Source: Bdellovibrionota bacterium
Lineage (GTDB): Bacteria > Bdellovibrionota_C > UBA2361 > OMIW01
DNA length: 17,782 nt
NCBI GenBank assembly: GCA_044345055.1
Contig: JBIJBT010000059.1
Coordinates: 1-17,782 of the forward strand
Direction of reading: 5' to 3'
Part shown: positions 1 through 8,981 of the stretch, piece after piece
Position numbering within the stretch: position 1 is the first letter of the stretch
Layout: every line of letters begins with the position of its first letter
The notes under the pieces: generated by a model
What the model saw: only the letters and a program-made list of their open reading frames with translations
Told to the model about the DNA's origin: nothing
Database searches by the model: none
Position numbers and translations under genes: made by a program

Positions 1-413
1 GCTCCTGGATTGATAACTCGCGTCGAACCTATCGTATTAGAGTCCTGAACGTGGGTGTGGCCATGAAAGAGGTAGTCATACCTTCCTGAAAGCGCCATCT
101 CCTGAATAAGGTGCCCTCGATGTCCGTGGCATACATATATTGAAGTTCCGTTCAGGTGAATTTCCCTTTGATCTTCAATAGCTTCAAACCCGAAATGACC
201 TGCAGCTTTTTGAAGCATATCGCGATCCCAATCACAATTTCCGAAAACCGCAAGAAGGGGTAGGCCGCAAAAGAGCTCAAGAGTTTCAGCAGAAGTGATA
301 TCTCCGCAGTGAATGATAATCGATGGATTCATTTCACTGATTAATGAAACCGCTTTCCTTACGACTTCGCGGTTATCGTGAGTGTCGGAAACAATTGCTA
401 TCCGAGTAAACAT
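1..413 (-). CDS. YfcE/MJ0936-family metallophosphoesterase (calcineurin-like); 3' end runs off the window
   Basis: Not in the ORF track. Manual translation from ATG at 413 is open to base 1: MFTRIAIVSDTHDN...IIHCGDI...VFGNCD...VCHGH...LFHGHTH...RVINPG. It carries the family motifs DxH, GD, GNxD, HG, GHxH and the terminal NPG. The ATG lies 2 nt after the murJ stop. Confidence 0.9.
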   Translation of the reverse strand, partial: MFTRIAIVSDTHDNREVVRKAVSLISEMNPSIIIHCGDITSAETLELFCGLPLLAVFGNCDWDRDMLQKAAGHFGFEAIEDQREIHLNGTSIYVCHGHRGHLIQEMALSGRYDYLFHGHTHVQDSNTIGSTRVINPG

Positions 414-415
414 AA

Positions 416-2023
416 TCAGGGACTCCTTCGGCGAAACAGGGGGCCAACGATTCGTGAAATAGCCTTTTTAACTTTAATAAAAAGAGCGATTGCCTCTGGA
501 ATCTTACAGGCAACTGTGGTCCCTGCGTAGAGCCCACCATAGAGCGGAAGAATAATTCCAGCTGCCAGCGCTGGGTGGAGCAAGCTACAATAATTTTTAA
601 GAGGGTAGCAGATTGCTGCACTCAGCACAGAGGTGAGGGTGAGGAGGGTAATAAATCGTTTTTCGGTATGGGGATTGATTCCACGAGCCCTGATTAGGTG
701 ATTTTTAAGTAGGAAAAATTCAATCCAGCCAGCGCATCCACTCGCCGCCGATAATCCAACGGCTCCCCAGAGCGGAGGGAGTCCAGAGAGAGACGTTCCC
801 CAAGTTGCAAGGGATAGACCCAAAATGCCCGATAGCACTACCCGAAGTGAGGCGAAACGGAGGGGGGTTCGCGGGTCCTGGAGAGCGTAAAGAGCCGAAG
901 AGAAAAGGCGGGCCTGAGTCCCTGCGAGAAGCCCGATAGAGGAGCCGCACAGAATGGCCCAGACATACCTAACATCTTGTGAAGAAAACGCTCCGGTCTG
1001 ATACACCGCACCGACTATTGTATCGCCTAGGAGGAAAAAGGCCGAGATAGTTGGAATGATAAAAAATGCGAGGTGCCTGCACCCAGCTATTAAGCGTTGT
1101 TCGAGAGCGGTTGTTGCGTTTGGCGACAAGCGAGAAAGCTCTGGAAGCTCTGATGCCGCTATAGACATGCCAAAGAGACTAACTGGCAGAGTGTATATCA
1201 ATTGGGCATTAGTGAGTCCCGTAATTGCGCCGGTTGGAAGAAGGCTTGCGATCATCTGATCGACATAGGCGCTGATTTGGGCAACACCCCGCACCCCAGT
1301 TGTTGGAATAAAATGTTTAAGAACGGTGCGGACTGATGAAGAGTTGAATGTGAGGACTGGTCGGAGAGAGGGAATAAAGCTTTTTACCGAGGGAAGTTGA
1401 ATCAATATTTGGGCAAAGCTCCCGAACACCGCACCCCATGCGGCCACTATCGCTAGATTGGTGCCCGAGCTTCCTGCACCTAACAAAATCGACCCGATAA
1501 TGCAGAGATTCCAGATAACAGGAGCGCTGTACGAGAGAAAAAAGCGTCGATGCGAGTTGAGCACTCCGAGGCACCACGCCGAGATGACCAGAATTCCACT
1601 CCCGGGAAAGAGAATACGAACAAGAGTGATAGTAAGAGCTCTTTTTTCGCCGACAAAACCTGGAGCAATCAGGGATATGATCGCCGGAGTGATCATTACT
1701 CCAAGAGCGACGAGAATACTTATTGCGAGTGCGAGTATGCCGAGCACGGCGCGAGCGGTAGATTGTGCTTCTTCTGTTTTTCCCTCCGCGAGAAGTCGAG
1801 AATAGACCGGAATAAAAGACCCCGAGAGCGCTCCCTCACCAAAAAGATTTTGCAAAAGGTTTGGAATCTTGAACGCAGCGTAGAAAGCATCCGCCGCATC
1901 AGAGCGCCCCCCAAAATAGTGGTTCATCGTCCTTTGGCGTACGAATCCAACGAGTCGACTCGCAAGGATACCGGCTCCGACGAAAAGGGCGTATTGAGGG
2001 CGTGAGGAGGCCGAGGATGGCAT
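416..2023 (-). CDS. murJ: Lipid II flippase MurJ (MviN)
   Basis: 535-aa polytopic membrane protein with MurJ motifs SRLVGFVR, ADAFYAAFKIPNLLQNLFGEGALSGSFIP, LPVSLFG and YALQDPRTP. Confidence 0.95.
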   Translation of the reverse strand: MPSSASSRPQYALFVGAGILASRLVGFVRQRTMNHYFGGRSDAADAFYAAFKIPNLLQNLFGEGALSGSFIPVYSRLLAEGKTEEAQSTARAVLGILALAISILVALGVMITPAIISLIAPGFVGEKRALTITLVRILFPGSGILVISAWCLGVLNSHRRFFLSYSAPVIWNLCIIGSILLGAGSSGTNLAIVAAWGAVFGSFAQILIQLPSVKSFIPSLRPVLTFNSSSVRTVLKHFIPTTGVRGVAQISAYVDQMIASLLPTGAITGLTNAQLIYTLPVSLFGMSIAASELPELSRLSPNATTALEQRLIAGCRHLAFFIIPTISAFFLLGDTIVGAVYQTGAFSSQDVRYVWAILCGSSIGLLAGTQARLFSSALYALQDPRTPLRFASLRVVLSGILGLSLATWGTSLSGLPPLWGAVGLSAASGCAGWIEFFLLKNHLIRARGINPHTEKRFITLLTLTSVLSAAICYPLKNYCSLLHPALAAGIILPLYGGLYAGTTVACKIPEAIALFIKVKKAISRIVGPLFRRRSP

Positions 2024-2249
2024 AGAACGGGAGAAGAATTATACGGAATAGCTGCGGGTTATATTCCAGCTCCCAAGGAAACTATTCCGACAAAGCGTTA
2101 AGCGCTGCTTAAGTTAGAGAAAAAAAGAAAAATTTCAGTTTATTCGTTAATTCAACCTACTAACCGATCGTCGGACATTTTTCCCGATTAAGCATTTTTG
2201 GTCACCCTGCTAAATTAGAGGCTCTAAAGAGGAGATTCTAATGGGGGTG

Positions 2250-2591
2250 TTACTGTTTAGACTGGAGTACGGCGAGAGTCTCGCGGTAGAACCAGATCAA
2301 AACTCCCAAAAGGAGGAGTTGGCCGACTAAGTCAGTAGCTACAAACCCAACCGATATCTGGCAGCCGATCGAAATAAGGGCAGCCACGGCAGAGAGAACA
2401 AGTAGCAGGATGGGATAACCTCTCGTTTGACCAATCTTGTTGGAAACACCTAACAGTCCAGCTAGGTAAAGCACTGCTCCTGTTCCGAGCGGAGCAAGTG
2501 GTAACCAATTTTTTCCGAGGGTAAATGCCCAGACTAATCCGACCGTTAGTGCTAAACTTCCAGCCAATCGAGCTCGAAAATCATTAGTCAT
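2250..2591 (-). CDS. Small hypothetical membrane protein (about 4 hydrophobic segments)
   Basis: 113 aa, almost entirely hydrophobic helices; GAGGA Shine-Dalgarno upstream of the ATG on the - strand. No family recognised. Confidence 0.7.
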   Translation of the reverse strand: MTNDFRARLAGSLALTVGLVWAFTLGKNWLPLAPLGTGAVLYLAGLLGVSNKIGQTRGYPILLLVLSAVAALISIGCQISVGFVATDLVGQLLLLGVLIWFYRETLAVLQSKQ

Positions 2592-2773
2592 TGCCGATTC
2601 CTCAAAAACTGATTCAATACCTGTTGACCCTGCTCATGCAACAGGGGCTTTTAGTCTCACACTCAACGGCTTATTTTAGGAGGAGAGCGGGGCCCGTGTC
2701 CACCATTTTCTGGTTATACAACGAGCGAGATGGTTTGGGGATATATACATAGAGAGGCGTTAAGAGGAGTTTT

Positions 2774-3139
2774 ATGAGGAAAAAGCCGATAATCTGGAGT
2801 ATTCACCTTGGAGTAATCCTTGGCCTTTTAACTACTCTTCCGCATATTGCCTCTGCCGAAACTCGCCCCTGTCGGGGATTTAGCGGAGCTTTTTATTCGC
2901 GTGAGCGGCTCAGAGCTCTTTGTGGGGAGCCCGATGAGATTTTAGAGCAGGAGACCCGACGAGTCGTTTTATGGCGATATAAAGGATATCCATATGTCGT
3001 TGTAAGAAGTGGGCACGATAGTGACATTGGAGTCCCAACGGTCAAAGCCCGTTCCACTACCCCAAAAAAATCTACCACCGGCTTGGCTCAAGGTCTTTTC
3101 CTTTCGATACTCGATGAAGCAGTTTCTGTTTCTGAATAA
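2774..3139 (+). CDS. Secreted hypothetical protein, possibly DUF2845-like
   Basis: AGAGGAG SD; signal peptide MRKK-hydrophobic-ASA|E; a C...CGEPD...WRY pattern reminiscent of DUF2845. The family call is tentative. Confidence 0.6.
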   Translation: MRKKPIIWSIHLGVILGLLTTLPHIASAETRPCRGFSGAFYSRERLRALCGEPDEILEQETRRVVLWRYKGYPYVVVRSGHDSDIGVPTVKARSTTPKKSTTGLAQGLFLSILDEAVSVSE

Positions 3140-3302
3140 GGAGTGCTTTCTTAAAAAAATAGTATTTTTTTTAAGGCGGAGATTAATTCAGATCATCGTG
3201 GATTACCCAAACCGATCCTGAAATAAAGCCAGCAGCGCTCTCATTTAAGCACTCATTTCAATCTTTCCCTATTTCACAGCATCTGAGAAATAAGAATTTA
3301 GG

Positions 3303-6300
3303 CTAACTCATCACCTCATCCAAAAGCTCACCAATACCCCTCACCGAAGCCGCCACGCAATATATCACCGGCCCTATTCTTCTTAATGCACCACGAACAA
3401 CGAGGGCTGGTTCGTGCATTACTGCTCGGGCGTTTTGTTCGAATAGTTCACGAGAGACGATGATATTAGTTATCCCCGTTTCATCCTCGAGGCTCAAAAA
3501 TACTATCCCTTTAGCAGTATCGGGTCGTTGGCGGCTGATTACGAGTCCTGCCACTGTGAATGTTGAGCCGTGACGGAGTGAGTTATCTTGCGCGATGCTT
3601 TGCCAGCTGCGGGCGTTGAAATCTTTGTTCAAAATAGGCCTAATTAGGGAGATTGGATGAGCTTTTGCAGAGAAGCCAACGCTCTCATAATCCAAAGATA
3701 CTTGCTGGCCAAAAGAGAGAAGAGGAAGTCGGCTGCGACCGATTGGATCGTCAAGTTCTTTCAACGGAATGGGATGAGCTGTGAGCCCACGAATCTCCCA
3801 GAGCGCCTCTCGACGAGATAATCCCATACTTTGAAAGGCATCTGCTTGCGCTAATTTTACGAGAGTTTCTCGCCGAAGTGGAATAAAAGATGCGGTTTCA
3901 TAAGCCGCATTCCATAGATCCTGAATCGTCGGTAAAAAGCCTCTAGATTTTACAATAAGCGCAATAAGCTCCCCTTGCCTCTGCTCAATACCCTTAATCA
4001 GATGCATCCCAATTCGAACAGACCCGGAATCTTCAATCGTCGTTTCCCAATCACTTTTATTGATATCAACTGATTCAACGACAACGTTGTGATTTTTCGC
4101 ATCCTGAATAATCTGTGCGGGCGCATAAAATCCCATCGGTTGGCTGTTAAGGAGCGATGCGCAAAATTGAGCAGGGTAGTGTTTTTTAATCCACGCTGAT
4201 GCCAAAACAAGAAGAGCAAAAGATGCAGCGTGAGATTCAGGAAAACCGTATTCACTAAATCCCCGTATCTGATGCATACACGTCTCTGCGAACTGACGGG
4301 AATATCCGTGTGCAAGCATACCTTCAATGATTCGCGCTTTAAATTTTTGAATCACATCTTCGTGACGTTTCCACGCCGCCATCGCTCTTCTGAGCTGCTC
4401 TGCTTCCCCCGGCGAAAATCCAGCAAGGCAGATCGCAAGGCGCATAGCCTGTTCCTGAAAAAGAGGAACGCCAAGCGTTTTTCCCAGAATTGCCTTTACA
4501 TTTTCATCAGGAAAGGTGACCCGCTCCTTTCCGAATCGGCGACGAAGATATGGGTGAACCATATCGCCGTGTATCGGCCCTGGGCGCACGATCGCGACCT
4601 CGATAACGAGGTCGTAATAACAGCGAGGACGGAGGCGTGGCAGCATCGACATCTGCGCCCGTGATTCAATCTGAAAAACGCCGATTGTGTCAGCTTTTCC
4701 GATCATATCGTATGTCTGAGTATCGTCGGTAGGAATGGTGTAGAGCGCTACAGGCTTCTCACTAAGTTTTTCTCTCTCAGCGTTAATGAGGGAAAATGAA
4801 CGACGAAGGCAGCTCAGCATGCCTAGCGCAAGAATATCTATCTTCAGTATGCCAAGCTCTTCAATGTCATCTTTATCCCACTCAATGATAGCGCGTGCCG
4901 CCATCGTCGCAGGAATGATTGGAACTATTCGATTGAGTGGATATTTAGATATAATAAATCCACCTACATGTTGAGAGCGATGACGCGGAAACCCACAAAT
5001 AAGGGTTGTAAGTTCGAGCGTTTTTTTGATCGCAAGATTATGGGGATCAAGGCCAGTTTGAGAGAGAGATTCGGCTGTTATATCTCCTGATGACCAGCGG
5101 CGGCTGCTCTCGGCGATCTGAGTTATGGTCGCTGAATCAAGACCGCATACTTTGCCCATATCAGTGAGAGCACTTTTGAATCTGTATGTGATAATCTCTG
5201 CTGTGAGTGCGGCGTGTTCTCGTCCGAATCTCTCATAAATAAATTGAATAACCTCCTCTCGTCGCTCGTGCTCAAAATCGATATCAATATCGGGTGGCTC
5301 TTGCCGTTCTTTACTTACAAATCTCGCAAAAAGAAGATCTATCGTTAATGGGTTTACCGCTGTTATTCCAAGACAGTAGCAGACTACTGAGTTTGCGGCC
5401 GCTCCCCGTCCTTGGCACAAAATATCTCGAGAACGTGCAAAGAGAACTATCTCGTGACAGGTAAGAAAATATTTTTCGTACCGAAGCTCTTGGATGAGAT
5501 GTATCTCCTCCTCTAAAGCTCGTTCGACAGAGGGGGGGATTCCCTCGGGAAATCGCTCAGCGGCACCTATAAAAACGCGAGAAACGAGCTCTTCGAGCTG
5601 ACTTGAACCGCTATCGTTGGTAATTTCCGGATATTCGTACCAAAGCTGATCGAGCGAAAATGAGCTAACCTTTTCGACTATCTCCTCTGTGCGAGCTACA
5701 GCTTCTGGAATCTCCCGAAATAATCGATACATCTCGTAGGGTGATTTAAGGTAGTGCTCTCCGTGTGGGAGAATCCTCGTACCTACATCCTGGATTGTAA
5801 TCTTCATACGGACACAGGTAAGAGCATCGAGCACAATTCGACGCTCCGGTGTGTGGTAGCGGACATCATTTGTTACGACAAGTGGAAGATTATGTTCAAC
5901 GCTAAGTTGGCGAGTTATTGCTAGCAGATCCGCATCATCAGCAGAAAAAGTTCGCGATATACCGATATATAAATTATCTTTGATATATTCTCTGATAATC
6001 GGAACAAATGCCGATAACATATTAGAAAAGCGATTTTTTCTATCTATCATCGCAGGAATTATTACCACAAAATCTTTTGATGATAGGAGAAGATTTTGGA
6101 AGAAGAGAGATGATGATAGTTCCGTGAGCCTTTCAGTATGAATACGTGAGATAAAAACAGAGAGCTCCTCGTATCCCGATTTTGTCGTAGGGTAGACAAG
6201 TGCGTGAAATGGTGATCTTTGGTCCTCAATAAAATCTCCACACAGAGGAAGAGCACATCCAATAAGAAGCTTTATTCCGTGCTGTTTTGCTGCAGTATGA

Positions 6301-6479
6301 GCACGAACTATTCCACCGAGCGTCATCCAGTCAGTGATACCGATAGCCGAATAACCAAGAGCTGCCGCGCGCGCCACGAGCTCTTCGGGGTGGCTGCCAG
6401 AACGGAGAAACGAATAGTTGGTAGTTACTTGGAGCTCTGAGTAGAGGAGCTTTGAGTGTTGAATGTTGGAGTAGTGCAT
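3303..6479 (-). CDS. dnaE2: Error-prone DNA polymerase DnaE2 (ImuC)
   Basis: PHP start ELQVTTNYSFLRSGSHPEEL; CQGRGAAANSVVCY; catalytic EPPDIDIDFEHERREEV and KIDILALGML; DTIGVFQIESRAQMSMLPRLRP; YGFPESHAASFA; LLNSQPMGFY; OB-fold RQRPDTAKG. Lies downstream of imuA-imuB. ATG at 6479 is preferred over the ORF-track start at 6557, which lies inside imuB. Confidence 0.96.
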   Translation of the reverse strand: MHYSNIQHSKLLYSELQVTTNYSFLRSGSHPEELVARAAALGYSAIGITDWMTLGGIVRAHTAAKQHGIKLLIGCALPLCGDFIEDQRSPFHALVYPTTKSGYEELSVFISRIHTERLTELSSSLFFQNLLLSSKDFVVIIPAMIDRKNRFSNMLSAFVPIIREYIKDNLYIGISRTFSADDADLLAITRQLSVEHNLPLVVTNDVRYHTPERRIVLDALTCVRMKITIQDVGTRILPHGEHYLKSPYEMYRLFREIPEAVARTEEIVEKVSSFSLDQLWYEYPEITNDSGSSQLEELVSRVFIGAAERFPEGIPPSVERALEEEIHLIQELRYEKYFLTCHEIVLFARSRDILCQGRGAAANSVVCYCLGITAVNPLTIDLLFARFVSKERQEPPDIDIDFEHERREEVIQFIYERFGREHAALTAEIITYRFKSALTDMGKVCGLDSATITQIAESSRRWSSGDITAESLSQTGLDPHNLAIKKTLELTTLICGFPRHRSQHVGGFIISKYPLNRIVPIIPATMAARAIIEWDKDDIEELGILKIDILALGMLSCLRRSFSLINAEREKLSEKPVALYTIPTDDTQTYDMIGKADTIGVFQIESRAQMSMLPRLRPRCYYDLVIEVAIVRPGPIHGDMVHPYLRRRFGKERVTFPDENVKAILGKTLGVPLFQEQAMRLAICLAGFSPGEAEQLRRAMAAWKRHEDVIQKFKARIIEGMLAHGYSRQFAETCMHQIRGFSEYGFPESHAASFALLVLASAWIKKHYPAQFCASLLNSQPMGFYAPAQIIQDAKNHNVVVESVDINKSDWETTIEDSGSVRIGMHLIKGIEQRQGELIALIVKSRGFLPTIQDLWNAAYETASFIPLRRETLVKLAQADAFQSMGLSRREALWEIRGLTAHPIPLKELDDPIGRSRLPLLSFGQQVSLDYESVGFSAKAHPISLIRPILNKDFNARSWQSIAQDNSLRHGSTFTVAGLVISRQRPDTAKGIVFLSLEDETGITNIIVSRELFEQNARAVMHEPALVVRGALRRIGPVIYCVAASVRGIGELLDEVMS

Positions 6480-6493
6480 AGGTGGTGATGTTT

Positions 6494-8086
6494 TTAAACC
6501 CATACTCCACACAACATCCACCGTTTTTCTATTCGATGATGACAGATCCAGAGCCATCTTCCGTGAGAATCACAAACCCTAAAATAATCACGCAGTGAGG
6601 GCTGTTTTTCAGAAAACCAAGGCTCTTCTATCTTCTCGGGACCAAAGCTTAAGATTATCGTTATAATCTGCTGTCCGAGATACATCCTTTTGGGTGGGTG
6701 ATCGGGAAGGAGAGCAAGCACCCGAATCGGCTCACCTGGATGAAAAAAAAGTGATGGTCTCGTTGGTTGATCTTCTATTGTGTAGTTAGGGGATGGCGAT
6801 CGAATTAGTTTTGAATCAATCGGCTCAAATCCAATAGATTCCTCAGGAAGGTGTGAATCGTATACACGGGCCTGTTGAATCGCAGAACGACCCATTCTAT
6901 TTGAAATCGCTCCTATAAAACCTCTCAAAGCTCTATCGGAATCGCGTGAAACCGATCCGTCAAATCGAGGTTGCTCGTTGAGAAGTTGCTCAGCTTCAAG
7001 AACAGCCATTTGAATCTTACAAACATCGCGAATAGTTCGATTATTTTCTAGATAGGAGAGGAGGAGCTCATAAAATTCTTTTGTAGTTGTTCTCCGAAAA
7101 AAGAATAGTTCGCGTTGCCAGATAATGTTTTGGCTTGGATATGAAAAAAGAAAAACAGTTATTGAACGTGGTGCTTTATTTTCTGAAGCTAGAGTATTTG
7201 TCAGCGATCCGTAGAGAGGTTCTGCGCGTGCGGCTATTTCATATGAGGAATTGGAAGGAACTTCAAAATTGTGTGTACGTACGAGTGAGGGAGCAGGAGA
7301 TACCTGTTGAATAAACTCCATTCTTGTCCCCTCGAACTGTTCTATTCGTTCGATGAGTGTATCTCCAAATCTCTTGAGGAGACTTTTTCGGGGGAGAGCA
7401 AAGATTTGACCTATCGTTTTTATCCCCAATTCAGCTATCTGTGATTCGAGCTGCTCAGAAAGCCGGAGCGCTGCAATTGGGTAGTGGTACAGAGTTGATT
7501 GAGGAGATCTTTCAGATAAAGTATCCGAAGAAGAGTCGCTCGTATCGATAAAGGGTACACGGGGGGCAAATCGCGCGTGGGCCCACGCCTTTCCAATCGT
7601 ACTGCTTATCGCGATACGAATCGCGAGACCGCGCTTTGCAAAAACTTTTTCAATGGAGCTAATCAACCGCTCCTCACCTTTATGGAGTCTCTCGGTGCCG
7701 CTCAGATCTATAGTAATACCAGAGAAGAGTGGAGAGCAGATCTCTCTCTTAAGATAGTGTGTCAGATACTCACTATCAATTCCTACGGTTGGAGATATCG
7801 TGAGACACCAGAGAGCTATTTTTTGAAGGAGTGAAAACTCAGCTTCCGGATCATATCGATACGAGATCATCTCTGGACAGAGTGTGTGCGCAACTGAGAG
7901 GCTCATCTGAGGATATATGCCCAGTTGAAGACCATTTTCAGATGCTCTCACGACCTCTCGCTGATTACGCCGTTCGGTGTACATGACTATCGATAGCTCC
8001 TCCAGGGGGCGATCGGTGAGTTTCGGGGTTTCGCGATATAATCGGGCTATCGATAGGTTCGGAAGATAAAGGGAAAGGAACCGCAT
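6494..8086 (-). CDS. imuB: ImuB, catalytically inactive Y-family polymerase homologue
   Basis: N-terminal RFLSLYLP where active Y-polymerases have hDhDxF; GIYPQMSLSVA; DLSGTERL; PIAALRL...LGIKTIGQ...LPRKSLLKRFG; ImuB C-terminus RPSLFF...GPEKIEEPWF...RDYFRV...GRWLWI...W.L.G.W. Start is 8086 or 8110. Confidence 0.92.
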   Translation of the reverse strand: MRFLSLYLPNLSIARLYRETPKLTDRPLEELSIVMYTERRNQREVVRASENGLQLGIYPQMSLSVAHTLCPEMISYRYDPEAEFSLLQKIALWCLTISPTVGIDSEYLTHYLKREICSPLFSGITIDLSGTERLHKGEERLISSIEKVFAKRGLAIRIAISSTIGKAWAHARFAPRVPFIDTSDSSSDTLSERSPQSTLYHYPIAALRLSEQLESQIAELGIKTIGQIFALPRKSLLKRFGDTLIERIEQFEGTRMEFIQQVSPAPSLVRTHNFEVPSNSSYEIAARAEPLYGSLTNTLASENKAPRSITVFLFSYPSQNIIWQRELFFFRRTTTKEFYELLLSYLENNRTIRDVCKIQMAVLEAEQLLNEQPRFDGSVSRDSDRALRGFIGAISNRMGRSAIQQARVYDSHLPEESIGFEPIDSKLIRSPSPNYTIEDQPTRPSLFFHPGEPIRVLALLPDHPPKRMYLGQQIITIILSFGPEKIEEPWFSEKQPSLRDYFRVCDSHGRWLWICHHRIEKRWMLCGVWV

Positions 8087-8837
8087 CGGCCGGTGAGATG
8101 GTACTATCATGCACGGAGAATCTCCTGTTATTCCAGATTATCTGCCACTGCGTCTTCGATGGTTGCTTACCTTTTGTTCTTCTGAGGCTGAGTAAGAACG
8201 AGGGAAAACGAAAAGGTTCTTCTAACGAATTTTCTCGGTTTCGAGCTTCGACTATCCAGTGCGAATAGTATCCAGAGGGTGATGGATCAGATTTTTTTCG
8301 ATAGAAAAATGCCGAGCAGACCCCCGAGCGTGCGAGTACCGAGAGCGATTGTGTCTCTCGAACGTTGAGTCGGGGTACTGGAGCAACAATCGCGCTAAGC
8401 GATCGGGAAGAGAGAGCTGTTTTGATAGCCCAGAGAAGATCTGCGCTATTTGTAACCCGAACAAAGAGGAGTGAAGAGGGGCTTAAATCTTCAGCTATTT
8501 GAGTGAGGAACCAAGGAGTTGGCCACTCGTGCGGTGGTCCAATCCAGGCGACCGCTTTTTTTTCATGACTCTGTATTCGACATTGGATAGCCAGATATGA
8601 ACTCAAAAGGATCGGTGTCGATGGGATAGTATCAAGAGGAGTTCCCGAAAAGGTGTGAATCGCATTTCTCTGCAAACCACCACCAAGCTCACGATCAATT
8701 TCGGGGATATTGGTTGCTACAAAGGAAGAGGGAGCACCCCACTTGGATGAATCTTCAAGTGCCGAGGCCGTTGGTGTCCAGAGTAGTCCTTGCTCTAAAA
8801 GAGAGTCGAGCGGTGTTGGATTTGTTTTTGTAATCAT
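7965..8837 (-). CDS. imuA: ImuA, RecA-like mutasome accessory protein
   Basis: LW...VATNIPEIDRELGGGLQRNAIH (RecA-like entry with no Walker A GKT), VAWIGPP...P.P, DLLWAIKTALSS; first gene of the imuA-imuB-dnaE2 order. Confidence 0.88.
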   Translation of the reverse strand: MITKTNPTPLDSLLEQGLLWTPTASALEDSSKWGAPSSFVATNIPEIDRELGGGLQRNAIHTFSGTPLDTIPSTPILLSSYLAIQCRIQSHEKKAVAWIGPPHEWPTPWFLTQIAEDLSPSSLLFVRVTNSADLLWAIKTALSSRSLSAIVAPVPRLNVRETQSLSVLARSGVCSAFFYRKKSDPSPSGYYSHWIVEARNRENSLEEPFRFPSFLLSLRRTKGKQPSKTQWQIIWNNRRFSVHDSTISPADAVPFPLSSEPIDSPIISRNPETHRSPPGGAIDSHVHRTA

Positions 8838-8890
8838 TGGATTTATTTGGCTTTATATGCTTTTTGCTTGGTTATGCATTTGTACTTTCT

Positions 8891-8920
8891 AGTATATATC
8901 TATATCTAATAGTAATGCAA
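8891..8920 (-). promoter_or_regulatory. Putative sigma-70 promoter of imuA-imuB-dnaE2
   Basis: The - strand reads TTGCAT (8920-8915), N18, TATACT (8896-8891) in an AT-rich intergenic region, about 55 nt upstream of the imuA ATG. Confidence 0.55.
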
Positions 8921-8953
8921 TAATTAATTGAAATCCCAGTTTTGCGGCCTTTT

Positions 8954-8981
8954 TTGCGTATATTCCTCCGAGTGCTACCAT
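8954..8981 (+). promoter_or_regulatory. Putative sigma-70 promoter with extended -10 for the Nudix gene
   Basis: TTGCGT (8954-8959), N16, TACCAT (8976-8981) preceded by TGc; the ATG follows after 6 intervening nt. Confidence 0.45.

Noticed and set aside
373..2005. Alternative ORFs within murJ (373..621, 720..950, 1056..1259, 1317..1577, 1458..1805, 1480..1668, 1550..2005, 1720..1914)
   Set aside because: Shadow or antisense frames overlapping confidently assigned genes, with no recognisable motifs.
2620..2645. CCTGTTG/CAACAGG inverted repeat in a divergent intergenic region
   Set aside because: Only 7 bp with a 12-nt loop; compatible with chance and no function assignable.
6480..6557. N-terminal extension of DnaE2 given by the ORF track
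   Set aside because: Overlaps the conserved ImuB C-terminus; PHP-domain similarity begins after ATG 6479, which lies just downstream of the imuB stop.
7965..8837. imuA as a recA pseudogene
   Set aside because: Absence of Walker A is normal for ImuA; the frame is intact and in the canonical cassette position.
3998..8892. Short ORFs nested in or antisense to dnaE2, imuB and imuA
   Set aside because: Overlap well-supported genes and show no protein-family features.
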